In this document: piece by piece, positions 50,722-60,546 of the stretch
Layout of the letters: each line of letters starts with the position of its first letter
Numbering within the stretch: position 1 is the stretch's first letter
Assembly: GCA_963762145.1 (NCBI GenBank)
Contig: CAVXJS010000021.1
Coordinates: 1,088,001-1,152,000, forward strand
Direction: 5' to 3'
DNA length: 64,000 bases
Origin: an uncultured Candidatus Rokubacteria bacterium
GTDB lineage: Bacteria; Methylomirabilota; Methylomirabilia; Rokubacteriales; CSP1-6
Notes under the pieces: generated by a model
The model's database searches: none
Seen by the model: the letters and a program-made list of their open reading frames with translations, nothing else
Told to the model about the DNA's origin: nothing
Program-made: the position numbers and the translations under genes

Positions 50722-51089
50722 GAAATCAGCTCCTCAGCCTTCTGACAGGCAAGGCAGAACCGCGCGGCGGGCATGGCCCGCAGACGCGGGAGCGGAATGG
50801 CCTTCCCGCACGATTCACAGATGCCGTAGGCCCCGGAACCCAACCGGCGTAGCGCCTCGGCGACCTCATCCAGCTCCCGCTTGTCCTGACCGGCGAGACG
50901 CGAGACCAGCGCGGTGGTGGAAGCCGCCGCAGCCCGGTCGGTCAAGTCGCCGGGGCCCGGGACCTCGAGCCCCGCCATCTCCTCGTCGGTGGCCGCGACC
51001 GTCCGGAGCAGGGATTCGCGGGCCTCGAGGAGCCGACGGCGGAACTCGTCGGTCAGCCTCGCGTCCAGGTGTCCCGCCGAGCCGCTCAT
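50718..51089 (-). CDS. TraR/DksA family C4 zinc-finger protein
   Basis: GDLTDRA (DxxDxA), YGICESCG..I...RL.A.P....CLACQ. Confidence 0.88.
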   Translation of the reverse strand: MSGSAGHLDARLTDEFRRRLLEARESLLRTVAATDEEMAGLEVPGPGDLTDRAAAASTTALVSRLAGQDKRELDEVAEALRRLGSGAYGICESCGKAIPLPRLRAMPAARFCLACQKAEELIS

Positions 51090-51177
51090 ACCGCCACCGG
51101 CGCGATCACGACCATCAGGTCACTACGCGATACCATGGCGTTCTCCTTTCGATCAGGCACGTCGGACGGAGGCAAAT

Positions 51178-51193
51178 TGCAAGGCAAGTGCCA
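51178..51193 (-). promoter_or_regulatory. sigma54 promoter
   Basis: TGGCAC-TTGCC-TTGCA; degenerate palindromes at 51245-51262 and 51264-51281. Confidence 0.7.
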
Positions 51194-51438
51194 CTGAGCC
51201 GGTGTTAGAAAACACCACGTTGCGCCTAGGTGCGACGGGCCGCCTGAGGCGGTGGCTCCCGGCTGGGGCGCACGCGCCTCGCTGCCGTCTCGCCCCATCG
51301 TCAGTGGCGGTGGCCCGGAAGCGCCTCCCCCCTGGCCAACGCGATCGTGGGGCTCTGCACATGATGTCCTCCCGGGTTCGATCGAGTGTGTCCACTGTAG
51401 CCCCGGCCGGCCTCTCCGTCCGTGACCTGGGTCACGCA

Positions 51439-53958
51439 TCACATCGGGTAGCGCCGGTAGAACCAGCGTTTCACCACCTCCATCAGGACCAGATATGCGA
51501 TCACCATGGCGAGCAGGAACGCGAAGAAGAGCGGCGGCAGCGGGGTGAAGCCGAGCCAGGGCGCCAGCGGCGTGAACGGCAGGAGCGCCCCCGCGGCCGC
51601 GCAGGCGCTCACCCCCCAGGCCAGGCCGCGGCTGGGGCGGCTGCGCCAGGGCGGCCCGGCCGTCCGGATCACGAAGATCACGAGCGTCTGCGTGGCGAGG
51701 GACTCCACGAACCAGCCGGTCCGGAAGAGAGTCGGCCCGGCCTCGAACACCCAGAGCATCACCGCGAACGTGGCGAAGTCGAACACCGACGACAGCGGGC
51801 CGGTCAGCAGCATGTACCGACGGATGAAGCCGATGTTCCACCGCTTGGGCTTCCGCATGTAGGTGCCGTCCACGTGATCGGACGGGATCGGCACCTGGGC
51901 GAGATCGTACAGGAAGTTGTTGAGCAGGATCTGTAGCGGCAGCATCGGGAGGAAGGGCAGGAAGAGCGATGCCGCCGCCATGCTCAACATGTTGCCGAAG
52001 TTGGAGCTGGTGCCCATCAGGACGTACTTCATGATGTTGCCGAAGCTCCGGCGTCCCTCGACAACGCCATCGTGGAGCACCGACAGTCGCTTCTCGAGCA
52101 GGATGATGTCCGCGGCGTCTCGCGCCACGTCCACCGCGTTCTGGACGGAGATGCCGACGTCCGCCGAGCGGAGCGCGGGAGCGTCGTTGATGCCGTCTCC
52201 CAGGCAACCCACCACGTGGCCGCGGGCGTGGAGGGCCCGGACGATGCGGTTCTTCTGTATCGGCGAGACGCGCGCGAACACCGTGGTCCGCTCGGCCACC
52301 GCGCCCAGCGCGGGATCCGACATGCGCTCGACGTCCTCGCCGAGCACGATCACGCCCGGGTCGAGACCCACGTCCCGGCAGATCTTCTTGGTAACCAGCT
52401 CGTTGTCGCCGGTGATGATCTTCACCTCGATGCCGTCGGCCCGGAGCGTGCGCAGGGTCTGGGCGACACCCTCGTGCGGTGGGTCGAGGAACGCGGCGAA
52501 GCCCACGAAGATCAGCTCGCGCTCGTCGGACACGGAGTAGGCTGCCTGGTCTCCCACCGGGCGATAGGCCACCGCCAGCGCGCGGTAGCCGTCGGCCCCG
52601 AGCCGACAAAACAACGCGTCGGCGGTGGCCCGGGCCGACGCGTCGAGCGGCGCGGCCGTGCCCGCCACCTCCAGGGCGGTGCAGGCGGGCAGCACGCTCT
52701 CGGGGGCTCCCTTCGTGATGAGAAGCCGTTGGCCATCGTCCTGTACGATCACCGATACCCGCCGGCGCTGGAAATCGAAGGGAATCTCGTCCACACGCCG
52801 GTACTGGGCAACCGCCGGGTGCTCGTGCTTCAGGATCGCGTCGTCCATGGGACTGCGCAAGCCGGTCTGATAGACGCTATTCAGCGCGGCCAGCCGGATC
52901 ACCGCCTCGTCGTTCTCCCCTCTGATGTTCAGGTGGCGGTCCACCGTGATCTCGCCGTGGGTGAGCGTGCCCGTCTTGTCGCTGCACAGGATGTCCATGC
53001 TGCCGAAGTTCTCGATGGCGGCGAGCTGCTTGACGATGACCTTCTTCCCCGCCATGCGGACCGCCCCGCTGGCCAGCGTGACCGACACGATCATGGGGAG
53101 CAGCTCGGGGGTGAGACCCACCGCCAGCGCCACCGAGAACAGGAACGTCTCCAGCAGATCGCGCTTCAACAGCGCGTTGACCAGGAACACGAACAGCACC
53201 AGGAAGACGACAACCTGCAGGATCAGGAACCCGAACCGGCGCGTGCCCCGCTCGAACTCGGTCTCCGGGGGACGCGCGAGAAGACTGGTGGCCACCCGCC
53301 CGAACTCGGTAGCCGGACCGGTGGCCACCACGACCGCTACCCCCAAGCCGCTGATCACCGAGGTGCCCCGGAAGACGGCGGTCACCGCCTCTCCGAGTCC
53401 ACCGGCCACCAGCGCGCCGGCGGTCGCCTGCTTCTCGCGGGGCAGCGACTCGCCGGTGAGAGCGGCTTCGTTGACGAACAGGTCACGGGTCGTGAGGAGC
53501 CGGCCGTCCGCCGGTACCAGATCCCCGGCCTTGAGATGCATCACGTCTCCCACCACGACGTCCCGCACCGGCACCTCGCGCTCGACCCCGTCCCGGATCA
53601 CCGTCGCGGTCTGTCCCACCTGCCGACGAAGTCGCGCGGCCGCCCGCTGCGACCGGTACGCCTGGATGAAGTTCAGGGCTACGCTCAGCACGAGCATCAG
53701 CGCGATGATCGCGGCGCTGACCGGCTGGCCAAACGCGGCCGAGACCACGCTGGCCACGAGCAGGATCAGCACGAGCGGGTTGGCGAAGTAGCGCAGCAGC
53801 TCGCGGACAGCCTCGAAGCGGCGGGGCCGGGCCAGCTCGTTGGGTCCCAGGGCCTGCAGGCGCGCGGCGGCCTCGTCCGATGACAGCCCGCGCTCGGTGG
53901 CCGCGGCCGCGGTCAGCGCTTGCCCGATGCTCGCGGCCCAGACCGGCGGAGCAAACAT
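51439..53958 (-). CDS. mgtA: Magnesium-translocating P-type ATPase
   Basis: TGES, AVGLTPELLP, CSDKTGTLT, PFDFQRRR, GDGINDA, SSNFGN, F.TGWFVES. Confidence 0.9.
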   Translation of the reverse strand: MFAPPVWAASIGQALTAAAATERGLSSDEAAARLQALGPNELARPRRFEAVRELLRYFANPLVLILLVASVVSAAFGQPVSAAIIALMLVLSVALNFIQAYRSQRAAARLRRQVGQTATVIRDGVEREVPVRDVVVGDVMHLKAGDLVPADGRLLTTRDLFVNEAALTGESLPREKQATAGALVAGGLGEAVTAVFRGTSVISGLGVAVVVATGPATEFGRVATSLLARPPETEFERGTRRFGFLILQVVVFLVLFVFLVNALLKRDLLETFLFSVALAVGLTPELLPMIVSVTLASGAVRMAGKKVIVKQLAAIENFGSMDILCSDKTGTLTHGEITVDRHLNIRGENDEAVIRLAALNSVYQTGLRSPMDDAILKHEHPAVAQYRRVDEIPFDFQRRRVSVIVQDDGQRLLITKGAPESVLPACTALEVAGTAAPLDASARATADALFCRLGADGYRALAVAYRPVGDQAAYSVSDERELIFVGFAAFLDPPHEGVAQTLRTLRADGIEVKIITGDNELVTKKICRDVGLDPGVIVLGEDVERMSDPALGAVAERTTVFARVSPIQKNRIVRALHARGHVVGCLGDGINDAPALRSADVGISVQNAVDVARDAADIILLEKRLSVLHDGVVEGRRSFGNIMKYVLMGTSSNFGNMLSMAAASLFLPFLPMLPLQILLNNFLYDLAQVPIPSDHVDGTYMRKPKRWNIGFIRRYMLLTGPLSSVFDFATFAVMLWVFEAGPTLFRTGWFVESLATQTLVIFVIRTAGPPWRSRPSRGLAWGVSACAAAGALLPFTPLAPWLGFTPLPPLFFAFLLAMVIAYLVLMEVVKRWFYRRYPM

Positions 53959-53959
53959 C

Positions 53960-54225
53960 CTAGTCGTCCCCATAGCGGACGGTGATCAGCGCGTCGATGG
54001 TCCGCCGGAGGTCGGCCAGCTCACGGCGGCGCCAGCGTGCCTCGACCTTCCGGGACTGGCGCGCCAACTCGGTGTCGGTGAACACGTCGCGGACCCAGCG
54101 CGAGAAGTCGCCGTGCCCGGCGTGGTGGGCAGATGTGCCAGCACCCGATAGTCCCCCTCGGGATCGATGACGCAGACCGACGCGAGAGTGCCATCGTAGT
54201 CGCAGGCGAGCGCCTTGAAGAGCAC
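53960..54225 (-). pseudogene. Collapsed HAD-IIB hydrolase/ATPase remnant
   Basis: FKALACDYDGTLA, CVIDPEGDY and HGDFSRWVRDVF.D.ELA: N-terminal, central and C-terminal motifs abutted in 266 bp. Confidence 0.65.
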
Positions 54226-54238
54226 GTCAGCCCTGCTG

Positions 54239-54254
54239 AGCAATCCCGGTGCCA
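54239..54254 (-). promoter_or_regulatory. sigma54 promoter (HAD remnant-mgtA)
   Basis: TGGCAC-CGGGA-TTGCT. Confidence 0.7.
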
Positions 54255-54394
54255 TCCTCAAACGACATCGGACGGGGAGAATCGCCGACCCGGCCGTCTC
54301 GACGCGGGACACCGGCGCCCCACTGTCGTGGGGATTCCACCGGCGCGGGAGCCCGCGGCGGAAGCAAGTGGCGTGATGATACGGCTTTCCAGAC

Positions 54395-54410
54395 CGGCAC
54401 CTCTCTTGCA
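54395..54410 (+). promoter_or_regulatory. sigma54 promoter (pal-like gene and dehydrogenase)
   Basis: CGGCAC-CTCTC-TTGCA; CGGGA-N8-CCCCA at 54305-54322. Confidence 0.65.
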
Positions 54411-54423
54411 CTTCATGGTCGCC

Positions 54424-54963
54424 ATGAAGACGATCCGTCCGCTGCTCCCACTGATGCTTCTGATCCTCCTGGCCGGGTGCCAGACCGCGAAGACGCCGCC
54501 GTCCGACCTCGCCGGCGGTGCGCGTGAGCGCGACCAATCCGCCGCGGTGGTCGCCATCGCGCCGCCCGATGCCGATGCGCTGGCCGCGTCCGGCCAGCCG
54601 CCACCGCCCGAGCAGTTCGTGCCGGTGCCGCGGCTGGCCGAGACCCACTTCGACTACGATGCCCACACCATCCGCGCGGAGGATACCGCGATTCTCGACG
54701 AGAACGCGGCGTGGATCCGGGCGAATCCGAGTGGCCTGGTCCTGATCGAAGGGCACACCGACGAGCGGGGAACCGACGACTACAACCTTAGCCTCGGCGA
54801 TCTCCGGGCGGCGGCCGCGAAGAACTACCTGATCGAGCACGGCATTCCGGCCGATCGGATGGTGGCGATCTCGTACGGCAGGGAGCGGCCGCTGTGCGTC
54901 GAGCACAACGAGGCGTGCTGGGCCCGCAACCGCCGGGCCCGGTTCCTCGTCAAGCCGCTCTGA
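54424..54963 (+). CDS. Pal/OmpA-family lipoprotein
   Basis: LAGC lipobox; HFDYD, IEGHTDERG..YN.SLG..RA, ISYG.ERP, NRR. Confidence 0.88.
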   Translation: MKTIRPLLPLMLLILLAGCQTAKTPPSDLAGGARERDQSAAVVAIAPPDADALAASGQPPPPEQFVPVPRLAETHFDYDAHTIRAEDTAILDENAAWIRANPSGLVLIEGHTDERGTDDYNLSLGDLRAAAAKNYLIEHGIPADRMVAISYGRERPLCVEHNEACWARNRRARFLVKPL

Positions 54964-54982
54964 GACCGCGCCCACCTTCGAC

Positions 54983-56089
54983 ATGCCCCTCGTGGCGCGC
55001 GCGATCGGCGATGATCTGGGGCCGGACAAGGTCGTGCTGCTGCGCGAGCCCCGCGTCGGCCTCGAAGCGGTGGTCGTCGTCGACAACGTGGCGTGCGGGC
55101 CGGCCATCGGCGGGGTCCGCATGGCTCCGGACGTCACGGTAGAGGAGGTCTCGCGCCTCGCCCGGGCCATGACCCTGAAGAACGCGGCCGCCGGCCTGGC
55201 CCACGGCGGCGGCAAGGCCGGCATCGTCGCCGATCCAACCGGCGCCCCGGCGGACAAGGAGCGCCTGATCCGGGCCTTCGCGCGGGCGATCCGGTCGCTC
55301 ACCGACTACATCCCCGGTCCCGACATGGGCACCGACGAGCGCTGCATGGCCTGGGTCAAGGACGAGATCGACCGGGCCGTCGGTCTGCCACGCGTGCTGG
55401 GCGGCATCCCCCTCGACGAGATCGGGGCCACCGGCTGGGGGGTCGCGATCGCCGCGGAGGTCGCCGCGCCGGAGGCGGGGATCGCCCTGGCCGGCGCGCG
55501 CGTCGCGATCGAGGGCTTCGGGGCCGTCGGGCAGCACGCGGCCCGATTCCTGGCCGCGCGCGGAAGCCGGCTGGTCGCCGTCTCCGACAGCCGGGGGGCC
55601 ATTCACGACCCCGCGGGACTTCCGATCGAGGCGCTGATCGCCCACAAGCGGGCCGGGCGACCGCTGACCGACTTCCCCGGCGGCCGGGCCATCGGCCGCG
55701 ACGCGCTGATCGGCGTGCCGTGCGAGATCTGGATTCCCGCCGCGCGACCGGACACGCTCACCGCGAACAACGTGAGCGGCCTGCAGGCGAAGCTGGTCAT
55801 CCAGGGCGCGAACATCCCAGCCACCGAGGCGGCCGAAACATGGATGCACGCCCGCCGCATCCTGAGCGTGCCCGATTTCATCGCGAACGCGGGCGGGGTC
55901 ATCTGCGCCGCGATCGAATACCGCGGCGGCACCCAGGCGCAGGCCTTCGCGGCCATCGAGGAGCGCATCCGCGCCAACACCCGCGAGACCCTCGCCGGGG
56001 TTCGCGCGGATGGGATCGTCCCGCGAGAGGCGGCCACCCGGATGGCTCTCACCCGCGTGCGCGAAGCGACGCGCTACCGCAGGCCCTGA
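54983..56089 (+). CDS. Glu/Leu/Phe/Val dehydrogenase
   Basis: GGVRM, AMTLK, GGGKAG, GPDMGT, ATG.GV, GFGAVG, GAN, PDFIANAGGV. Confidence 0.9.
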   Translation: MPLVARAIGDDLGPDKVVLLREPRVGLEAVVVVDNVACGPAIGGVRMAPDVTVEEVSRLARAMTLKNAAAGLAHGGGKAGIVADPTGAPADKERLIRAFARAIRSLTDYIPGPDMGTDERCMAWVKDEIDRAVGLPRVLGGIPLDEIGATGWGVAIAAEVAAPEAGIALAGARVAIEGFGAVGQHAARFLAARGSRLVAVSDSRGAIHDPAGLPIEALIAHKRAGRPLTDFPGGRAIGRDALIGVPCEIWIPAARPDTLTANNVSGLQAKLVIQGANIPATEAAETWMHARRILSVPDFIANAGGVICAAIEYRGGTQAQAFAAIEERIRANTRETLAGVRADGIVPREAATRMALTRVREATRYRRP

Positions 56090-58485
56090 CCGGTGTCGGT
56101 TTCGGCGGCGGCGACGGCCTCGAGACCGCGCACGATCGCGTCCGGGTTCAGCGAGATGCTCGTGATCCCCTTCCCCACGAGAAACCGGACCATCTCGGGA
56201 TAGTCGCTCGGCGCCTGGCCGCAGATCCCGACCTTTCGCCCCGCCCGTCGTGCTCCGTCGATGATCATGCCGATCATGCTGAGCACCGCCGGGCTGCGCT
56301 CGTCGAACTCGGGCGCGACCAGCTCGGAGTCCCGGTCCACCCCGAGCACGAGCTGGGTGAGATCGTTGGAGCCGATCGAGAATCCGTCGAAGAGCGCCGC
56401 GAACTCGTCGACCAGGATCGCGTTGGCGGGGATCTCGGCCATCACGTAGACCTCGAGCCCGTTGACGCCGCGCACGAGCCCGTTGGCGGCCAGCAGATCG
56501 AGGACGCGACGGCCCTCGGCCGGTGTCCGGCAGAACGGGATCATGAGCTTCACGTTGGCGAGGCCCATCTGCTCGCGGACCCGGCGCAGGGCCCGGCACT
56601 CGAGTTCGAACGCCTCCCGATAGCGCGGGTGCGCGTAACGGAACGCGCCGCGGAAGCCGAGCATGGGATTGCCCTCCTCGGGCTCGAAGTCGCGACCGCC
56701 CACGAGCCCCGCGTACTCGCTGGACTTGAAGTCCGAGAGACGGACGATCACATCCTTCGGATGAAAAGCCGCCGCGATCACGGCCACACCTTCGGCCAGT
56801 CGCTCGACGAAGAATTCCCCACGGTCCGTATACCCGGCCGTCAGCGCGTCAATCTCCGCCCGCGCGGCCGGATCGCGGACGCGGTCCGGGTGGAGCAGCG
56901 CGAGCGGATGGGCGCGCACGAAGCTCGCGATGATGAACTCGATGCGCGCCAGTCCCACGCCGTCGTTGGGCAGGGCGGCCAGCCGGAAGGCCTCGCCCGG
57001 ATTGCCGACGTTGAGCATCACCCGGGTCCGGGTCCTCGGCATCGCGGCCAGGTCCACCTGCCGCCGCTCGACGGGGAGCGCGCCCGCGTAGACCGACCCG
57101 GTCTCGCCTTCGGCACAGGACACGGTCACGAGCTGCCCGTCGGGGAGGAGCTCTGTCCCGTTGCCGGTGCCAACCACACACGGCACGCCGAGCTCACGGC
57201 TGACGATGGCCGCGTGGCAGGTGCGGCCTCCGCGGTCGGTCACGATGGCCGCCGCGCGCTTCATGATGGGCTCCCAGTCGGGATCGGTCATGGACGCCAC
57301 GAGCACGTCCCCGGCCTGGAAGGCTTCCAGGTCGCGCGGATCGCGCAGCCGCCGCGTCGGCCCTACCCCGATCCGCTGGCCGACGGCCGCGCCGACGACG
57401 AGCCGGTCCCGCGGCCCGCCCGGCCGCAGCGAGAAGATCTCGAGGACGGCCCGGCTGGCGGCGCTATGGACCGTCTCGGGCCGCGCCTGGAGAATGTAGA
57501 GCCGGCCGTCATCGGCATCCTTCGCCCATTCGATGTCCATCGGCACCACATGCCCCGCCCGCCGCGAGTAATGCTCCTCGATGGCGACCGCGAAGCGGCC
57601 GAGCTCCAGCGCCTCCTGGTCGCTGAGGCTCGCCGAGCGCTGAGCCTCCTCGGGCACCGGAACCCGCTCGGGCTGGCCATCGGCCCCCATGACGAGCTTC
57701 CACGTCTTCCGCACGATCTTGCGCTTGAGCAGAGCGTGATGGCCGGTCCGCAGCGTCGGCTTGAAGATCCAGAACTCGTCCGGATCGAGCTGCCCCTGGA
57801 CGACCGCCTCCCCCAGCCCGAAGGCGGCGTTGACGAGGACCACGCCGCGGAACCCGCTGTCGGGGTCGAGGGTGAACATGACGCCGGAGCTGCCCTGGTC
57901 GCACGCGACCATCCGCTGGACCGCGATCGACAGGAACACGCTCAGATGGTCGAACCCGTTCTGGATGCGGTAGACGATGGCGCGATCGGTGAAGATCGAC
58001 GCGAAGCAGCGCCGACACGCGGTCAGTAGCGCGGCCTCTCCCCGGACGCCCAGAAAGCTCTCGTGCTGGCCCGCGAAGCTCGCCTGGGGAAGATCCTCGG
58101 CGGTGGCGCTCGAGCGGACGGCCACCGCGGGCTGGTCGGCTCCCACCTCGCGCGCGAGCGTCCGGTAGGCGGAGACGATCGCGCCCTCCAGTCCGGCCGG
58201 GAGTGGGGCCGCCTCGACGAGCCGGCGAAGCTCGGCGCCGGCCGTCGCCAGCGCGGTCACGTCCTCGCCGGTGACCCCTTTGAGGATGGCGCCGAGCCGG
58301 TCACGCAGGCCGTTGCCGTCGAGGAGCGCCCGGTACGCGGCCGCGGTCACGGCGAACCCATCGGGAACTCGAACCCCGGCCGCGCCGAGCTCGCCGTACA
58401 GCTCTCCGAGGGACGCGGTCTTGCCGCCGACCAGGGGCACGTCTCCCAGCCGGATGTCTCGGAACCACTTGATCGCCTCATTCAT
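56074..58485 (-). CDS. ppsA: Phosphoenolpyruvate synthase
   Basis: VGGK, AVRSSATAEDLP.ASFAGQ, QARPETV, GGRTCHAAI, NPMLGFRG, SIGSNDLTQ, GICGQAPSD. Confidence 0.95.
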   Translation of the reverse strand: MNEAIKWFRDIRLGDVPLVGGKTASLGELYGELGAAGVRVPDGFAVTAAAYRALLDGNGLRDRLGAILKGVTGEDVTALATAGAELRRLVEAAPLPAGLEGAIVSAYRTLAREVGADQPAVAVRSSATAEDLPQASFAGQHESFLGVRGEAALLTACRRCFASIFTDRAIVYRIQNGFDHLSVFLSIAVQRMVACDQGSSGVMFTLDPDSGFRGVVLVNAAFGLGEAVVQGQLDPDEFWIFKPTLRTGHHALLKRKIVRKTWKLVMGADGQPERVPVPEEAQRSASLSDQEALELGRFAVAIEEHYSRRAGHVVPMDIEWAKDADDGRLYILQARPETVHSAASRAVLEIFSLRPGGPRDRLVVGAAVGQRIGVGPTRRLRDPRDLEAFQAGDVLVASMTDPDWEPIMKRAAAIVTDRGGRTCHAAIVSRELGVPCVVGTGNGTELLPDGQLVTVSCAEGETGSVYAGALPVERRQVDLAAMPRTRTRVMLNVGNPGEAFRLAALPNDGVGLARIEFIIASFVRAHPLALLHPDRVRDPAARAEIDALTAGYTDRGEFFVERLAEGVAVIAAAFHPKDVIVRLSDFKSSEYAGLVGGRDFEPEEGNPMLGFRGAFRYAHPRYREAFELECRALRRVREQMGLANVKLMIPFCRTPAEGRRVLDLLAANGLVRGVNGLEVYVMAEIPANAILVDEFAALFDGFSIGSNDLTQLVLGVDRDSELVAPEFDERSPAVLSMIGMIIDGARRAGRKVGICGQAPSDYPEMVRFLVGKGITSISLNPDAIVRGLEAVAAAETDTGQGLR

Positions 58486-58515
58486 AGCGCGCGTCCATCG
58501 GGATTCGCCGACACG

Positions 58516-58719
58516 TCAGTCGAGTTCATCCTCGGTGCGTCCGCACCGATCGCATCTCGTGGCCGGCCACTCCGTTCCAGCCTTGTCCTCTTCCCCGGAC
58601 GCGGCGTGGATCAGGCCGCCGCACGGGCACGGCTCCGGATACTCCTCAAGGCACTCGGGGCACTTCGCGTCGCCAACCACGTGCGTCGTCTCGTCGCCGA
58701 TCGTGAACAGCCTGGTCAT
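58516..58719 (-). CDS. Small Cys-rich putative zinc-binding protein
   Basis: CPEC, CPCGG.IH, CDRC; start overlaps the region after the USP stop. Confidence 0.65.
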   Translation of the reverse strand: MTRLFTIGDETTHVVGDAKCPECLEEYPEPCPCGGLIHAASGEEDKAGTEWPATRCDRCGRTEDELD

Positions 58720-58738
58720 GGCTTCTCCGGCTCTCGCC

Positions 58739-59176
58739 TCACCGGCACACCAGCACCGGGATCTTGCTGTGGGTGAGCACCTTGTTGGTCTCGCTGCCGA
58801 GCACGAGCGCCGACACCCCCCTGCGCCCGTGCGAGGACATGCAGATCAGATCGCAACCCTTCGTCTGCGCGGTGTCGACGATCGCCTGGTACGGCTGGGC
58901 CTGGGTCACGTGCAACGTCTCGCAGGGTACGCCGACCAAGCCGGCTTCCGCCCGGGCCAGGTCGAGCGTCTTCTTGGCCAGGGCCTCGCAATCCTGCTCG
59001 TACCGCGCCGGGCTCTCGCTCAGCATGACCGGGTCGACCGCGAAGGAATGAAACGGCAGCGAGACGGTGAGGACGGTCGTCCGGGCCCCCACCGCCTTGG
59101 CCAGCGCCATGCCGTGGCGAATCGCCATATCCGATAGGGGGGAGCCATCCGTGGGAATCAGCACGTTCTTGTACAT
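58739..59176 (-). CDS. Universal stress protein
   Basis: MYKNVLIPTDGS, CDLI.MSSHGRRG....LGSET. Confidence 0.92.
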   Translation of the reverse strand: MYKNVLIPTDGSPLSDMAIRHGMALAKAVGARTTVLTVSLPFHSFAVDPVMLSESPARYEQDCEALAKKTLDLARAEAGLVGVPCETLHVTQAQPYQAIVDTAQTKGCDLICMSSHGRRGVSALVLGSETNKVLTHSKIPVLVCR

Positions 59177-59182
59177 GCGCGT

Positions 59183-59833
59183 CTAGCCTCCCGCGGTCCA
59201 GCCCTCGGCCCCGATCAGGGGAACGAAGGCGACCTCCTCGAGATTCTCGTACCGGTACTCCTGGGTGTCCGTGCGTGTGACGCGCACCAGCCGCTGGTGG
59301 TGGGTGTCGGACCCGATCGGCATGATCAGCCGGCCTCCCGCCGCGAGCTGGCTCAGCAGCGTCTCGGGCGCCCGCGGGCCCCCCGCGGTCACCAGGATCG
59401 CGTCGTACGGAGCGTACTCCTCCCAGCCCAGGGTGCCGTCGCCCTCCCGCACGTGAACGTTGGCATAGCCGAGCTCAGCCAGACGGCGACGCGCCTGTTC
59501 CGCCAGCACCCCCACTCGCTCGACCGTGTAGACCTCCGCCGCGATCCGCGACAGGACCGCGGCGCCGTACCCCGAACCGGTCCCGATCTCGAGCACACGA
59601 GCGCCCGGCTCGAGCCCGGCCGCCTGCGCCATCAGCGCGACGATGTACGGCTGGGAGATCGTCTGGCCCTCCCCGATCGGCAGCGGCCGATCCCCGTAGG
59701 CAAACCGCGCCAGCCTCGCGGGAACGAACCGCTCCCGCGGGACGGCGCGCAGGGCCTCGAGTACGAGCGGGTCGGTGATACCCCGCGCCTCGATCTGGGT
59801 CGCCACCATACCCGCCCGGTCCTCGGTCAGCAT
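59183..59833 (-). CDS. pcm: Protein-L-isoaspartate O-methyltransferase
   Basis: VPRE.F, GQTISQPY, LEIGTGSGY, GDG..G, APYDAI, FVPLIG. Confidence 0.93.
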   Translation of the reverse strand: MLTEDRAGMVATQIEARGITDPLVLEALRAVPRERFVPARLARFAYGDRPLPIGEGQTISQPYIVALMAQAAGLEPGARVLEIGTGSGYGAAVLSRIAAEVYTVERVGVLAEQARRRLAELGYANVHVREGDGTLGWEEYAPYDAILVTAGGPRAPETLLSQLAAGGRLIMPIGSDTHHQRLVRVTRTDTQEYRYENLEEVAFVPLIGAEGWTAGG

Positions 59834-59864
59834 CGGAGCATCACCTCCCCCTCCGTCGCCGCCG

Positions 59865-60305
59865 CTACTCGCCCTTGATCGGAATCGTCGCGCCCTTGGC
59901 CGCCGGCGTCTTGGGCAGCGTCACGGTCAGGAGCCCATTCTTGAATGCGGCCGAGACCTTGCTCGGATCCACCGCGACCGGCAGCCGCACCCCGCGGGTG
60001 AACACCCCGTAAGACCGCTCCATCCGGTGGAACCGCTCGTCCTTCTCTTCCTTCTCCTGTCTCTTTTCCCCGGTGATCGTCAGCAGGCTTTCCTGCAGCG
60101 AGATCCGGATGTCTTTCTGGTCCATCCCCGGCACCTCGACCTTCACGACCAGGCTGTCCTTCGTCTCCGAGATGTCCATGCTCGGGGACCAGTCGCCGAG
60201 CGTCGGAAAATCATCCCACTTGCTCGCCGCCATCCGGTCGAACAGCCGGTCCATGTCCTGCTTCAGGCTCCCGAATCCCGCCCACGGCATCAACCCTTGC
60301 AGCAT
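59865..60305 (-). CDS. Hsp20/alpha-crystallin small heat-shock protein
   Basis: P.MDISET, EVPG, ERSYG.F.R, A.FKNGLLTVTLPK. Confidence 0.93.
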   Translation of the reverse strand: MLQGLMPWAGFGSLKQDMDRLFDRMAASKWDDFPTLGDWSPSMDISETKDSLVVKVEVPGMDQKDIRISLQESLLTITGEKRQEKEEKDERFHRMERSYGVFTRGVRLPVAVDPSKVSAAFKNGLLTVTLPKTPAAKGATIPIKGE

Positions 60306-60358
60306 GATGTCTCCTCCTGTTGATAGGAACGTTTCGTTCGATACCTGACGAAGCGATG

Positions 60359-60522
60359 TGCATCGGGAGTGCCAGACGGGTCGCGCGTTGACTCAGGGCC
60401 TTGCGATGCATCGACGATCGGGGCCGTCGGGGCACGAGCGCCTCGGTGTGGCGGCGACGCCCCAGCCCACGGTTCGAGGACGATCGCGTTCGCGTGGGTT
60501 TGCGCGCGGCATCTACCTTGCA
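60359..60522. promoter_or_regulatory. Divergent sigma54 promoters sharing one palindrome
   Basis: Minus TGGCAC-TCCCG-ATGCA (60359-60374); plus CGGCAT-CTACC-TTGCA (60507-60522); TGTGG-N8-CCCCA at 60447-60464. Confidence 0.65.
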
Positions 60523-60546
60523 CCGATGACCTCGAGGAGGAGCACG

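Noticed and set aside
55093-58029. Very long alternative-frame ORFs (978 aa here; also 17648-19534, 24502-26388, 41636-43912, 52072-53883)
   Set aside because: Shadow ORFs overlapping well-supported genes in GC-rich DNA. Only the start of 24502-26388 is meaningful (RraA remnant).
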